Of a stretch of 64,000 nucleotides of DNA, positions 19,013-29,305 are shown one piece after another (positions within the stretch are counted from its first letter, which is position 1; each line of letters starts with the position of its first letter). The DNA lies in contig CAVQNG010000005.1 of the NCBI GenBank assembly GCA_963713825.1, positions 320,001 to 384,000 on the forward strand. The letters are read 5' to 3'. The stretch is from an uncultured Acidobacteriota bacterium. Lineage in GTDB: Bacteria > Acidobacteriota > Thermoanaerobaculia > Multivoradales > JAHEKO01. The notes under the pieces were generated by a model, which saw only the letters and a list, made by a program, of their open reading frames with translations, ran no database searches and had not been told where the DNA came from. The position numbers were made by a program, and so were the translations under genes.

Positions 19013-22000
19013 ATGAATGACCTTCATTTCGACGTACCAATGCCTGAGTGCCCAGACGATCAGGAAGCGCGCACCCAGGCTCTCCTGGAGTCCCTGGAAG
19101 AACGGATTCTGGTCATGGATGGCGCTACGGGAACGGGATTGCAGGCCGAGCACCTGACAGCCGAGGATTTCGGTGGACCCGACCTCGAAGGCTGCAACGA
19201 GAATTTGTGCCTGACGCGGCCCGACGTGGTGCTGCGGCTGCATCAGCGCTATCTCGAAGCCGGCGCCGACATCGTGCAGACCAACAGCTTCGGTGGCACA
19301 CCGTTGGTACTGGCTGAGTACGACCTGGAGGCACAAGCCTACGATCTCAACAGGTTGGCGGCGGAGTTGGCCCGCGAAGCTGCCTGGCCCTTCTCGGTAC
19401 CCGCCAGGCCGCGCTTCGTGTGTGGCTCCATGGGACCGACCACCAAGGCCATTTCGGTGACGGGCGGAGTGACCTTCCAAGAGCTCATCGAGCACTATCG
19501 CGTCCAGGCCCTGGGTCTCATGGCGGGCGGGGCCGACTACCTTCTGCTCGAGACCTGCCAGGACACCCGAAACATCAAGGCGGGTCTGCTGGCCCTCGAC
19601 CAGGCGTTCAGCCAGGCGGGCTGGCGAGTGCCCGTGGCGGTGTCGGTGACGATCGAGACCACCGGGACCATGTTGGCAGGGCAGGACGCCGAGGCTCTTG
19701 CTGTCTCCCTGATGCACGCCGAGTTGTTGTACCTGGGCCTCAACTGCGCGACAGGGCCGGAGCTCATGACCGACTCGTTGAGGACCCTATCCGAGCTGGC
19801 TCGCACCCGTGTCGGCTGTGTTCCGAACGCGGGTCTGCCGGACGAGGATGGCATCTACCAGGAGTCGCCTGAGGACTTCCGGCGCATCTTCGAGCGCTTC
19901 CTCGATCACGGTTGGCTCAACATGGTGGGCGGTTGTTGTGGGACCACGAACGAGCATGTGACAGCGCTGGCGGAGCTGGTGAAAGGGGCCAAGCCGCGAG
20001 CTCTGCCTCACCATCAGCGCAGCTTCATCTCAGGGATCGAGGCGGTCGAGTTGACGATCGACAATCGGCCGCTCTTCGTCGGCGAGCGCACCAACGTGCT
20101 CGGCAGCCGCAAGTTCAAGCGCCTCATCGCCGAAGGCGAGATCGAAGCGGCGGCGGAGATCGGCCGGGGCCAGGCCCGCGCCGGGGCGCAGGCGATCGAC
20201 ATCTGCATGCAGGACCCCGACCGAGACGAGGTCACCGACATGGAACGGTTCCTGGATCAGCTCACGCGGATGGTCAAAGTGCCTCTGATGATCGACACGA
20301 CCGACGCCGAGGTCATGGAGCAGGCGCTGACCTGGTGCCAGGGGAAGGCGGTTCTCAATTCCATCAATCTGGAAGAAGGGCGGACCCGTTTCGAGCGAGT
20401 GATCCCTCTGGCCAGGCAGTATGGGGCCGCTGCCATCGTCGGGATGATCGACGAAACGGGCATGGCTGTGAGTGTGGATCGCAAGCTCGAGGTCGCCAGG
20501 CGCAGCTACCAGATCTTGACCGAGGAAATGGACTTTGCTCCCGAAGACATCTGGTTCGATGCTCTGGTCTTCCCGTGTGGCACTGGAGACGAGAACTACA
20601 TCGGCTCTGCGGCGACCACCATCGAAGGGGTGCGGCAGATCAAGTCGGAGTTTCCCCTGGCTCGCACCGTGCTGGGGATCTCCAACGTCAGCTTCGGCCT
20701 TCCGCTAGCCGGCCGTGAGGTCTTGAACGCGGTTTTTCTGTACCACAACACCCAGGCCGGTCTCGATGCCGCCCTGGTCAATACGCAACGGCTGGCCCGC
20801 TTCGCCGACATTCCCGAAGCAGAACGGCGCCTGGCCGAGTCCCTCATCTTCCTCGATCTGGGGGATGTGGCGGCCAGCGAGAAAGCAGTAGCCGAATTCG
20901 CAGAGTACTTCCGGGACCAGGATTCGAGGGTAGTTTCCACGCCCCGGGCCGAGCTGCCGCTGGACGAGCGCCTGGCACGCTCGGTGGTCGAAGGGTCCAA
21001 GGAAGGCCTGGTCGAAGACTTGGGGGTAGCACTCGAGGATCCGAGTTGGCCGCAGCCCCTGGACATCATCAACGGGCCACTCATGGTGGGTATGGCCGAG
21101 GTGGGACGTCTCTTCAACGAGAACCAGTTGATCGTCGCAGAGGTTCTGCAGAGCGCCGAAGTCATGAAGGCCGCTGTGGGCTTTCTGGAGCCCCACATGG
21201 AGCGGCAAGAGGGGACGAGCCGAGGCAAGATCCTGCTAGCGACCGTCAAAGGCGACGTCCACGACATCGGCAAGAACCTGGTCGAAATCATCCTCTCCAA
21301 CAACGGCTACGACGTGGTCAATCTCGGGATCAAGGTTCCCAGCGAGAGGATCATTCAGGCCGTGCAGGAGCACCAGCCGGATGTCTTGGGTCTGTCTGGC
21401 CTGCTGGTGAAGAGTGCCCAGATGATGGTGACTACGGCTGACGATCTGTCGGTGGTGGATATCGACGTTCCGCTGATCGTGGGTGGTGCGGCTCTCACTC
21501 GACGCTTCACCCACAAGAAGATCGCCGCCACGTATGGCGGCTTCTGCACCTACGCCAAGGACGCCATGCACGGTCTCTCTCTAGTGCAGCGAATCACCGA
21601 TCCGGGACAGCGGCCCGAGTTGGAGTCGGAAGTCAGGGAGTTGATCGCTCGAGATCGGCAGGCCGAGACTGCGCCGACGCCATTCGAAGCGATGGGGAGC
21701 ACGCGATGCTCCGCGGTTGACATCGATCTCGATCCCCCGGCGCCACCGCATCTGGACAGGATCGTGGAGGAGCTGGATCTGGACGAAGTCTGGCCCCTGG
21801 TGAACCCCCAGATGCTCTACGGCAAGCACCTGGGGCTCAAGGCCTCGGTCAAGCAGTTGGAGGCCAAGCACGACCCGAAGCTCGCCCACCTGAAAGGGGT
21901 TATTGGGGAGATTCAGGAGGTGGCGCGATCCGGCGCCATGAAGGCCCGAGCGGTCTGGCAGTTCTTGGAAGCTGCCAGCGATGGCAACCGACTGCTTCTG

Positions 22001-22507
22001 CTGGACCCCGGGACCGGCAAGGCAGTGGTGGAATGGAGTTTCCCTCGACAGCGAGGGACCGATGGCCTTGGCTTGCCCGACTACGTGATGCCGCAAGGCG
22101 ACCATGTGGCTCTCTTCGTCACTACGGCGGGTGATGGCGTAATGGAGCAGGTGGAGCAATGGAAGCAGGAAGGGGAGTTCTTGAAGAGCCACGCTCTAGC
22201 TGCCTTGGCGTTGGAGACCGCGGAAGCGGCGGCTGAGCTCGTGCACCGGAAGCTGCGGGCCGTTTGGGGCTTTTCTGATGCCCAGGAGATGACGCTCCAA
22301 GACCTCTTCGCCGGTCGCTACCGAGGGAAGCGCTACAGTTTCGGCTACCCTGCCTGTCCCGACCTGTCGATGCAGCGAGAGCTCTTCTCGACCCTGCGAC
22401 CAGAGGAGATCGGGGTGCGACTCACGGAAGGCGACATGATGGAGCCCGAGGCCAGTGTCTCGGCCCTGGTCTTCCATCATCCGCAAGCGCGCTATTTCGG
22501 AGTCTAG
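19013..22507 (+). CDS. metH: Cobalamin-dependent methionine synthase
   Basis: MDGATGT, GGCCGTT, GERTN, DVHDIGKN (B12-binding) and RYSFGYPACPDL motifs. Confidence 0.97.
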   Translation: MNDLHFDVPMPECPDDQEARTQALLESLEERILVMDGATGTGLQAEHLTAEDFGGPDLEGCNENLCLTRPDVVLRLHQRYLEAGADIVQTNSFGGTPLVLAEYDLEAQAYDLNRLAAELAREAAWPFSVPARPRFVCGSMGPTTKAISVTGGVTFQELIEHYRVQALGLMAGGADYLLLETCQDTRNIKAGLLALDQAFSQAGWRVPVAVSVTIETTGTMLAGQDAEALAVSLMHAELLYLGLNCATGPELMTDSLRTLSELARTRVGCVPNAGLPDEDGIYQESPEDFRRIFERFLDHGWLNMVGGCCGTTNEHVTALAELVKGAKPRALPHHQRSFISGIEAVELTIDNRPLFVGERTNVLGSRKFKRLIAEGEIEAAAEIGRGQARAGAQAIDICMQDPDRDEVTDMERFLDQLTRMVKVPLMIDTTDAEVMEQALTWCQGKAVLNSINLEEGRTRFERVIPLARQYGAAAIVGMIDETGMAVSVDRKLEVARRSYQILTEEMDFAPEDIWFDALVFPCGTGDENYIGSAATTIEGVRQIKSEFPLARTVLGISNVSFGLPLAGREVLNAVFLYHNTQAGLDAALVNTQRLARFADIPEAERRLAESLIFLDLGDVAASEKAVAEFAEYFRDQDSRVVSTPRAELPLDERLARSVVEGSKEGLVEDLGVALEDPSWPQPLDIINGPLMVGMAEVGRLFNENQLIVAEVLQSAEVMKAAVGFLEPHMERQEGTSRGKILLATVKGDVHDIGKNLVEIILSNNGYDVVNLGIKVPSERIIQAVQEHQPDVLGLSGLLVKSAQMMVTTADDLSVVDIDVPLIVGGAALTRRFTHKKIAATYGGFCTYAKDAMHGLSLVQRITDPGQRPELESEVRELIARDRQAETAPTPFEAMGSTRCSAVDIDLDPPAPPHLDRIVEELDLDEVWPLVNPQMLYGKHLGLKASVKQLEAKHDPKLAHLKGVIGEIQEVARSGAMKARAVWQFLEAASDGNRLLLLDPGTGKAVVEWSFPRQRGTDGLGLPDYVMPQGDHVALFVTTAGDGVMEQVEQWKQEGEFLKSHALAALALETAEAAAELVHRKLRAVWGFSDAQEMTLQDLFAGRYRGKRYSFGYPACPDLSMQRELFSTLRPEEIGVRLTEGDMMEPEASVSALVFHHPQARYFGV

Positions 22508-22534
22508 GCCTGACGAGGTAGGCTTGCCCTCGCG

Positions 22535-23287
22535 ATGCGGTTCATCGATCTACACTGCCATCTGCTGCCGGGTATCGACGACGGGTCGAGCTCCATCGTG
22601 GAGACCGTCGAGATGCTGCGGATCGCGCATCAGCGAGGAACGCGAGGCATCGTGGCAACGCCTCACGTCTTCCAGCCGATGTTCGCTACCCGCAGCCAGG
22701 TCGCCTTGTGTGGCTCCTTCTCTCGCATGACGGAAGAGCTGACAGACATGGCCTCCTACTCGGATCACTCGTTCTTGGAGGAGATCGAGGTTCACCTGGG
22801 CTCGGAGAACCTCGTCACTCCGGAGTTTCTGCAGGCGCTGGAGGAGAGCAAGGTCCTGACCTTGGGCGGCAGTCGCTACCTTCTGGTGGAGTTTCCTCTC
22901 TTCATGCCGTTTCCGCTGATCGTCTCGGCTGTGAATCAGATTCTCGAACGAGAGATGATTCCTGTACTCGCGCACGTAGAGCGCTATGAGGCCTTTCATG
23001 AGGAACTGGAGCGGTTGGACGACCTGAGGAACAGAGGATGTGTGATTCAGGTCAATGCCGAGGCCTTCGGCAATGGACACTCGAACGAGAGGTCCGAGCT
23101 GGCTCTAGCACTGGCCAAGAGCGGGCTCGTGGACGTCATCGCGTCCGACGGTCACGATCTCAAGGTCCGTCCACCTGATTTGAGCGGGGCCTTCGAGCGA
23201 CTTTCGAAGGAGTTCCCCGAGGCCACCGTCAACCAGTGGATGTCGGAGAATCCGGCCCGAATTCTGGGCGATCAGGATTTAGCCTGA
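22535..23287 (+). CDS. CpsB/CapC PHP-family tyrosine phosphatase (copy 1)
   Basis: DLHCHLLPGIDDG, ATPH, AHVERY and ASDGH motifs. Confidence 0.9.
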   Translation: MRFIDLHCHLLPGIDDGSSSIVETVEMLRIAHQRGTRGIVATPHVFQPMFATRSQVALCGSFSRMTEELTDMASYSDHSFLEEIEVHLGSENLVTPEFLQALEESKVLTLGGSRYLLVEFPLFMPFPLIVSAVNQILEREMIPVLAHVERYEAFHEELERLDDLRNRGCVIQVNAEAFGNGHSNERSELALALAKSGLVDVIASDGHDLKVRPPDLSGAFERLSKEFPEATVNQWMSENPARILGDQDLA

Positions 23288-23371
23288 AGGTCACTACTCG
23301 GCCTAGGGGAGGGTCTTGACCCCGCCCGAGGCACTCGCATTCGAGTACCGTCAAACCGTTTGGAGGATTTC

Positions 23372-24106
23372 TTAGGGCGTAGTCGGACTGGCCGACTTCT
23401 CGTCGTCGTCGTCGATCAGCAGATACAAGCCGGCTGCCGCGCCGACGCCCGCGCCGACCTTCCACCAGATTGCGGCGGGCGGTCTACAGTCACAGGTCAG
23501 ATCGAGAGGGTTGCGATCCTTGCAGGCGAGGTAGGCCGTCTTGCCGACATAGGTCGGTGCCACACTCGCCGCCACTTCGAGAAGCTGCCAAGCGCAGTCA
23601 GCCTCTTTGCGGTTCGGCCCGGTGCAGGCCTGCCAGAGTTCTGCGCTCCAATCCTGGAGCTCGCAGAGGCGCTCGGTATCCTCAGCCGAAGCCGACTCCG
23701 AGACGCGTGCTCCCTCCTGGATCTGGCCCTCCTGATCGAGCTGTAGAGCGTTGCTGGCGGTCAGGAACGCAACCTCTCCGGAGCCATCGGTATAGGCCAC
23801 GCTGCCGGAGCGCACGTCCAGGCGAACATCGGCACCGACGCTTGCCACCACGGCATCGGTCTTCTCGGAGAAAGCCAGGACGCGGCCATTGCTCAGATGC
23901 ACGATGGCAGGCGTCACACCGGTCTCCACCCGTGCCGGGCTCAGCAGGGTCGTACCGGAAGGAACACGGACCCCATCTACCTTGGCTCCGGCGGTCGCCG
24001 TCTGGCCAATTGCGATCGCTGCCACGCCAGGTGAGGCGAACAGGACGATAGCTCCGGCGAGTGCCAGTAGCCGCCCGGAGAATCCTGGAAGTCCTTTGTT
24101 GATCAC
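23372..24106 (-). CDS. Hypothetical exported protein: FecR-like beta region, six-Cys domain and C-terminal membrane anchor
   Basis: Signal peptide; hydrophobic Gly/Ala helix followed by DDDDEKSASPTTP; fills the gap divergent from wzc. Confidence 0.65.
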   Translation of the reverse strand: MINKGLPGFSGRLLALAGAIVLFASPGVAAIAIGQTATAGAKVDGVRVPSGTTLLSPARVETGVTPAIVHLSNGRVLAFSEKTDAVVASVGADVRLDVRSGSVAYTDGSGEVAFLTASNALQLDQEGQIQEGARVSESASAEDTERLCELQDWSAELWQACTGPNRKEADCAWQLLEVAASVAPTYVGKTAYLACKDRNPLDLTCDCRPPAAIWWKVGAGVGAAAGLYLLIDDDDEKSASPTTP

Positions 24107-24285
24107 TATTTACAAGTCTCCCTCCAGCCCAGTGTAAACCAGTCCAGGCCGGTATCGCAATGCACTTTTCGACAGGCTCTTTGCAGCCCCAATAGCGACG
24201 CGCTTCACACTGGACCGGCAGACCCTCTGGTACACTAAGCACTCAATTCAAGGGGCTTAACGCCCCCATTTTTCTGTCCCCTGGC

Positions 24286-26628
24286 ATGGCAGATCGACCT
24301 GACCCGACACCTGGCTCCAATCTACCTCTACCTTTTCAGGTCGGAGGAGGACTTCCTGCTCTCCGACAGGTGCCGCCGGCCTTCTATCCGGAGGAAGAGG
24401 AGGGGCTATCCCTTCAGCACTATCTGCACGTCCTCCTACGCCGAAAGTGGTTCCTGGCAGCTGTAGCCTTCACGATCGTCGTTCTGGCTGCCCTGCAAGT
24501 TTTCACCACGACGCCCATGTATCGGGCCACAGCTCGACTCCAGGTCGACCCGGAAGGCGACAAGATCGTCCCATTTCAGGAAGTCGCCGGGTCCGAGCTG
24601 GCTGGTGGCTGGTTCATTGAAAACTACATGTGGACCCAGACGGAGAATCTGCAGTCCCAAAGCCTGGCCCTGCGTGTTGTGGACAAGCTCGATCTGGCCG
24701 ACGATCCGGCCTTCAACACCAAGGTCCACCCCGGCGCTCTGGTGTCGCTCAAGAACGGACTCGCCAAGCTGGTGGGTGCTCCTTTCGGGATTGGCAGAGA
24801 GGCGTCGAGCGTCGAGCCCACCCCGGAAGTGAGGGACGCTGCGGCGGCTGCCAGGCTGACAGGCTCCGTCTCGGCTCAGCCGGTCCGCAATACCCGCTTG
24901 ATAGAGGTGAGCTACATTTCACCGGATCCCGAGCTTTCCGCCAGAGTCGTCAACGTCCTCACCGAAGAGTTTATCGAGCAGAACCTCCAGGGCAAGTTCG
25001 ACGCTACGAATCGCGCGAGCGAGTTTCTTCGCAAGCAGCTCGAGGAGCTGCAGATTCAGGTGGAGAAGACCGAACGGGAGCTACTGGACTACGCCAAACG
25101 CAACAACATAGTCAATCTCTCCGAGCGCGAGACCATCGCTCGTAAGCGCCTGGCCGATCTTTCTGATCAGCTCACAGAGACAGAGACTGGGCTGATCGCG
25201 GACCAGTCCCGCTACGAGGCTTCTCAATCGGCTACCCTGCAGGCCTTTCCTGAAGGCCTGAAGAATGACGCCATCTACCGCCTCGAGCAGCGCCTGTCCG
25301 AGGCCAAGAGCCGGCTGGCGGGCTTTTCCAGTCGCTACGGCCCCGAGTGGCCCGCAGTCAAGGAGACCCGCCTGGAGATCGCCGAGTTGGAGCAGCAGCT
25401 ACAGGCCGAGAAGCGCCAGGCCCTGACTTCCGCCCAACAGGACTACGAGCTGTCTCGCGACCGGCACAGCAAGCTCGAAGAGGCAGTGGAGAAGCAGCGT
25501 TTCTTGGTTGACGATCTCAACGAGAGCTCCATTCAGTACAACATCCTCGATCGCGAGGTGAACTCTAACAAAGAGCTGTACCAGGGCCTGCTGCAGCGCC
25601 TCAAGGAGGCAGGCGTGGCAGCCGGCCTGCGCTCCAGCAACATCCGAATCGCCGATGCGGCCGAACCTCCCAGCAGCCGTTCGACTCCTAGAAGAGGTAG
25701 GACGCTGGCCCTGGCCCTGATTCTGGGCTTGTTTCTGGGCACGGGCCTGGTCCTTCTGCTGGAGGTTCTGGACAACACCCTCAAGACACCCGACGACGTT
25801 ACTCAATATCTGGGCCTGCCCGCCCTTGGCACCGTACCCAGCCTGGCTGATTCCGCAAAAGGGCTGGATCGAGGGACTTGGCCGCTTCCGGAACGGGAAG
25901 TCACGGGATACCCTCGCTTGATCTATGACGAAGGCAAGCTACCCCACGCCAGGGCCTTGGAGGCCTATCGATCCCTGCGAACGGCTCTCCTGCTCTCCCA
26001 TTCCGGCAAGCCGCCGCAGACCATTCTCGTCACGTCCGCCTTGCCTGGCGAGGGGAAGAGCACGACCGCGGCCAATACGGCTATAGCGTTGGCACAGACG
26101 GGAGCGCGCACTCTCATCGTCGATCTCGACATGCGGAAGCCTTCGCTGGGTGAAGCTTTCGGGATCAATGCCGAGCAGGGGATGAGCACGTTCCTGTCCG
26201 GCATGTCCGACCTCTCCTCCCAGATTCGCGAGACCGGGTTACCGAACCTCATGATGGTTCCGGCCGGGCCCAGGGCACCGAATCCGGCGGAACTGATCGG
26301 CTCCAAGCGAATGGCAACCGGCATGCAGCTCATGCGGGAGTATTTCACCTACGTGGTGATCGATTCGCCGCCGGTTCTCGAGCTCAGCGATGGCATGGTC
26401 GTCTCCCAGTATGTGGATGGGGTCATCCTGGTGGCGCGAGGCGGCAAGACTCCGCGCAAGGCAGTGCAAAGGGCCAGTGACCAGCTCTTGCAGATCGGCG
26501 CCAAGCTCCTGGGCGTGCTGGTGAACAACGTGCGCCCCGGGCAGAGTGGTTACGGCTACTACGGCTCCATGGGCAGCTACTACGAGCGCTACTACAGCGA
26601 GTCCGACTCCAACCAGCGCACGGCTTGA
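24286..26628 (+). CDS. wzc: Polysaccharide co-polymerase / tyrosine autokinase (Wzc/GumC)
   Basis: Two TM segments flanking a coiled coil; Walker A GEGKST; IDSPP; Tyr-rich tail GYGYYGSMGSYYERYY. Confidence 0.95.
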   Translation: MADRPDPTPGSNLPLPFQVGGGLPALRQVPPAFYPEEEEGLSLQHYLHVLLRRKWFLAAVAFTIVVLAALQVFTTTPMYRATARLQVDPEGDKIVPFQEVAGSELAGGWFIENYMWTQTENLQSQSLALRVVDKLDLADDPAFNTKVHPGALVSLKNGLAKLVGAPFGIGREASSVEPTPEVRDAAAAARLTGSVSAQPVRNTRLIEVSYISPDPELSARVVNVLTEEFIEQNLQGKFDATNRASEFLRKQLEELQIQVEKTERELLDYAKRNNIVNLSERETIARKRLADLSDQLTETETGLIADQSRYEASQSATLQAFPEGLKNDAIYRLEQRLSEAKSRLAGFSSRYGPEWPAVKETRLEIAELEQQLQAEKRQALTSAQQDYELSRDRHSKLEEAVEKQRFLVDDLNESSIQYNILDREVNSNKELYQGLLQRLKEAGVAAGLRSSNIRIADAAEPPSSRSTPRRGRTLALALILGLFLGTGLVLLLEVLDNTLKTPDDVTQYLGLPALGTVPSLADSAKGLDRGTWPLPEREVTGYPRLIYDEGKLPHARALEAYRSLRTALLLSHSGKPPQTILVTSALPGEGKSTTAANTAIALAQTGARTLIVDLDMRKPSLGEAFGINAEQGMSTFLSGMSDLSSQIRETGLPNLMMVPAGPRAPNPAELIGSKRMATGMQLMREYFTYVVIDSPPVLELSDGMVVSQYVDGVILVARGGKTPRKAVQRASDQLLQIGAKLLGVLVNNVRPGQSGYGYYGSMGSYYERYYSESDSNQRTA

Positions 26629-26653
26629 ATACTCGAGAAAGACGCGGCAAGTG

Positions 26654-27973
26654 ATGCCTGAGACGGCTCGCCGAGGTTGGGTCACGGCCTTGGTTGCGCT
26701 TGTCTTCGGCCTCGTACTGGCATGGGGGATGCTCCGCTTCGGTGGTGCTGAGACGGCCATCCTCTACCGGATCTTCCTTCTCCTTCTAGTCCCAGGGACG
26801 CTGGCAGTCGTCGGATTGCCGATGCGGCGCTTGGCCTCACCTCGCTTCGTTCTGGTTCTTGTCGTTGGGCTGCTATTGCTTGGCGGGGTTGCACTGAAAC
26901 CGAACCTCGAGGGACGCGGATATGTTCATCTGACGGTGGGCTGGCTGGCCTTGTTTCTGACTCTCAGAGTCGGGCTGGGAAACCGCTCACTGATTCGGTT
27001 TATGGCCTATGTGTTGATACTGCTTGGTGCAGTGGAGGCCCTCTACGGGCTAGCGCAAGCCATAGGTGGAGTGGACTTCATTGGCAGCTACTACCGCGGG
27101 TCGGGCCGCATTGCCACCGGCACCCTGATCAATCAGAACCACTTCGCGGGAATGCTCAACATGACTCTGCCCCTGGGCCTCGGGATCCTGTTTTCGAGGT
27201 ATGCCAGCCGCCGTAGGCGCGACGAGCCCCGCTCCGAGTCGTTGGCGGTGATTTGGATCGTGATCCTGGCCAGCTCCTTGATGGGACTCGCGGTGCTGCT
27301 CTCTCAATCCCGCGGGGGTACGATCAGCCTCATTGCCACCTTGCTGTTTTTGACGTGTCTGTTGGGCTTCGGCCGTAAGCTCTCCCGGGGAAGAAACCTC
27401 TCGGGCATGGTCGCCTGGGTCCTCCTGGCCACCATCCTGGGGCTCGGCCTGGTGGTAGGGGTCGATGCGCTGTTGGATCGATTCGGCCGCCTGGATCAGG
27501 ATCTCGAACGGTTCACCATCTACAGCGACACACTGGAGATGATCGGGGATGAACCCGTCACTGGGGTCGGCCCTGGAATGTACCGCTGGAGGTTTCGACC
27601 CTACCAAACGGTGGATGTGGCCCGACTCTACGATCATGCCCACAACGACTATCTCGAGAGCGCCGCGGAGTGGGGAGTTCCTTTGGCTCTTCTGGTTTGG
27701 GGATTCGTTCTCTGGCGTTTCAGCCGCACAGTGACGGTGTTTTTGACGTCGAGAGACTCCGAGCGACGGGGCCTCGCATTGGGCTGCTCGGCGGCCATCT
27801 TCTCGATCCTGACCCATAGTCTGGTCGATTTCACTCTGCAGATCCCCGCCCTTCTCATGCTCTTCTGCACGATCCTCGGTCTGGCCTGGTGTCTGGACGT
27901 CAGGCGGCGGCGAAACGATCCGATCTCCGCCGACGGAGTCGTGGCCATCGAGTCGCGGAGGGTCGTTCGATGA
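26654..27973 (+). CDS. O-antigen ligase (Wzy_C) family membrane protein
   Basis: Multi-TM protein with GTLINQNHFAG, SQSRGG, GVGPG and HAHNDYLE motifs. Confidence 0.88.
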   Translation: MPETARRGWVTALVALVFGLVLAWGMLRFGGAETAILYRIFLLLLVPGTLAVVGLPMRRLASPRFVLVLVVGLLLLGGVALKPNLEGRGYVHLTVGWLALFLTLRVGLGNRSLIRFMAYVLILLGAVEALYGLAQAIGGVDFIGSYYRGSGRIATGTLINQNHFAGMLNMTLPLGLGILFSRYASRRRRDEPRSESLAVIWIVILASSLMGLAVLLSQSRGGTISLIATLLFLTCLLGFGRKLSRGRNLSGMVAWVLLATILGLGLVVGVDALLDRFGRLDQDLERFTIYSDTLEMIGDEPVTGVGPGMYRWRFRPYQTVDVARLYDHAHNDYLESAAEWGVPLALLVWGFVLWRFSRTVTVFLTSRDSERRGLALGCSAAIFSILTHSLVDFTLQIPALLMLFCTILGLAWCLDVRRRRNDPISADGVVAIESRRVVR

Positions 27974-29295
27974 CGGTCCAGTCCAAAACCCAGCAGGGAG
28001 GTTTTGGCGATGCTCCTGTCGGGCTGGCGCTGCGAGTGCTGCTCCTGATCGGGATGGCACTGTCGGGGTGGCAGGTGCTGAAATGGGCCCAGGCCCTCGA
28101 TTTGGCCATACCCCGAAATGGGGTAACAGGATTGGAGCAGGCCCTGGAGCGGGACCCGAACTACTCGAGGGCGCAGTACCTCTTGGGAATGGTGCGGCGA
28201 GATATTCCGGGATTCGAGGATCTGGACACCTCCCTGCAACACTTCGCCCAAGCCGTTGGTCTCAACCCTTACAGCTGGCGGTACCGCCAAGAGCAATCCC
28301 GTGTGTTGGAGTTGGCCGGTAGCATAGCAAAGGCCGAAGATGCACTGGTAGAAGCGATTCGGCTCAACCCTCGAAGCGGCGCGTACCGCTGGCGTTTAGC
28401 CAACTTTCACCTTCGCCAAGGCTCCCAGCACGACGCCGTGCGCGAGATTGGCGCCGCAATCTACCTGGATCCGAGCCTCCAGCCTCCGGCTCTCTCCATG
28501 CTTCTCAAGCTGGGCCTCGACCTGGCTTCGATCGACGAGATCTGGCCAACTGATCGAATGGCCCGACTCCGCTTGCTGCGCGGCCTTTGCTCATTGTCTG
28601 TCGCTCCGTCGTTCGACGTTGGAACGGGTTCGGCTGCCGCCGACGGACTCTGGACCGATCTCCTGGCCGTCGAGCCTCCGATCTCGATGAACGACGGCCG
28701 GTTCTTCCCGCAATTCCTATTGACGATCGACCAACCCGCGGCGGCCCGAGAGGCCTGGATCGACCTCGCCAGTCGAAACGGACTTCTCGATTCCAAATTC
28801 AACTCAGGCCAAAACTCAATCTGGAATGGTGACTTCGAGCTTCCGCTGCAGGGCAGGCCTCTCGGTTGGGTGCTGGGCCGATCCGAACACTTCAAGGCGA
28901 ACCCGGTACAGGTTGAAGGTATCGATTCAGGCACGGCAATGAGGATCGAGTTCTTGGGCACAGAGAACCTCAACTTTGCGGGGTTGAGTCAGGATTTCGT
29001 GATCGAGCCAGGGACGAAGTACCAGCTCACCGGTCACCTGCGAACCGAAGAGATCAGCACCGACGAGGGATTGTTCCTGGAAGTCGTCGGGAAGACGAGC
29101 CATCGAGTGCTGCTGAGCACGGATCCAGTTCGGGGTACCGAAGACTGGAGAGAGGAGTCAGGCACCCTTGAGGTGGGGGGCGAATGGGAGGTGCTGATGA
29201 TTCGCTTGCGAAGGCGACCCAGTCGAATGCTCGATGGCAAGATTCGTGGCAAGATATGGCTCGACAAGGTCAGTCTGGAGCCAGTCGGTCCGTGA
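27970..29295 (+). CDS. TPR protein with a C-terminal carbohydrate-binding-like domain
   Basis: N-terminal TM; TPR helices (ALERDP, AIRLNP); NSIWNGDFE...IWLDKVSL CBM4/9-like end; ATGA overlap with the upstream gene. Confidence 0.75.
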   Translation: MTVQSKTQQGGFGDAPVGLALRVLLLIGMALSGWQVLKWAQALDLAIPRNGVTGLEQALERDPNYSRAQYLLGMVRRDIPGFEDLDTSLQHFAQAVGLNPYSWRYRQEQSRVLELAGSIAKAEDALVEAIRLNPRSGAYRWRLANFHLRQGSQHDAVREIGAAIYLDPSLQPPALSMLLKLGLDLASIDEIWPTDRMARLRLLRGLCSLSVAPSFDVGTGSAAADGLWTDLLAVEPPISMNDGRFFPQFLLTIDQPAAAREAWIDLASRNGLLDSKFNSGQNSIWNGDFELPLQGRPLGWVLGRSEHFKANPVQVEGIDSGTAMRIEFLGTENLNFAGLSQDFVIEPGTKYQLTGHLRTEEISTDEGLFLEVVGKTSHRVLLSTDPVRGTEDWREESGTLEVGGEWEVLMIRLRRRPSRMLDGKIRGKIWLDKVSLEPVGP

Positions 29296-29305
29296 GCCAG
29301 GTCCA

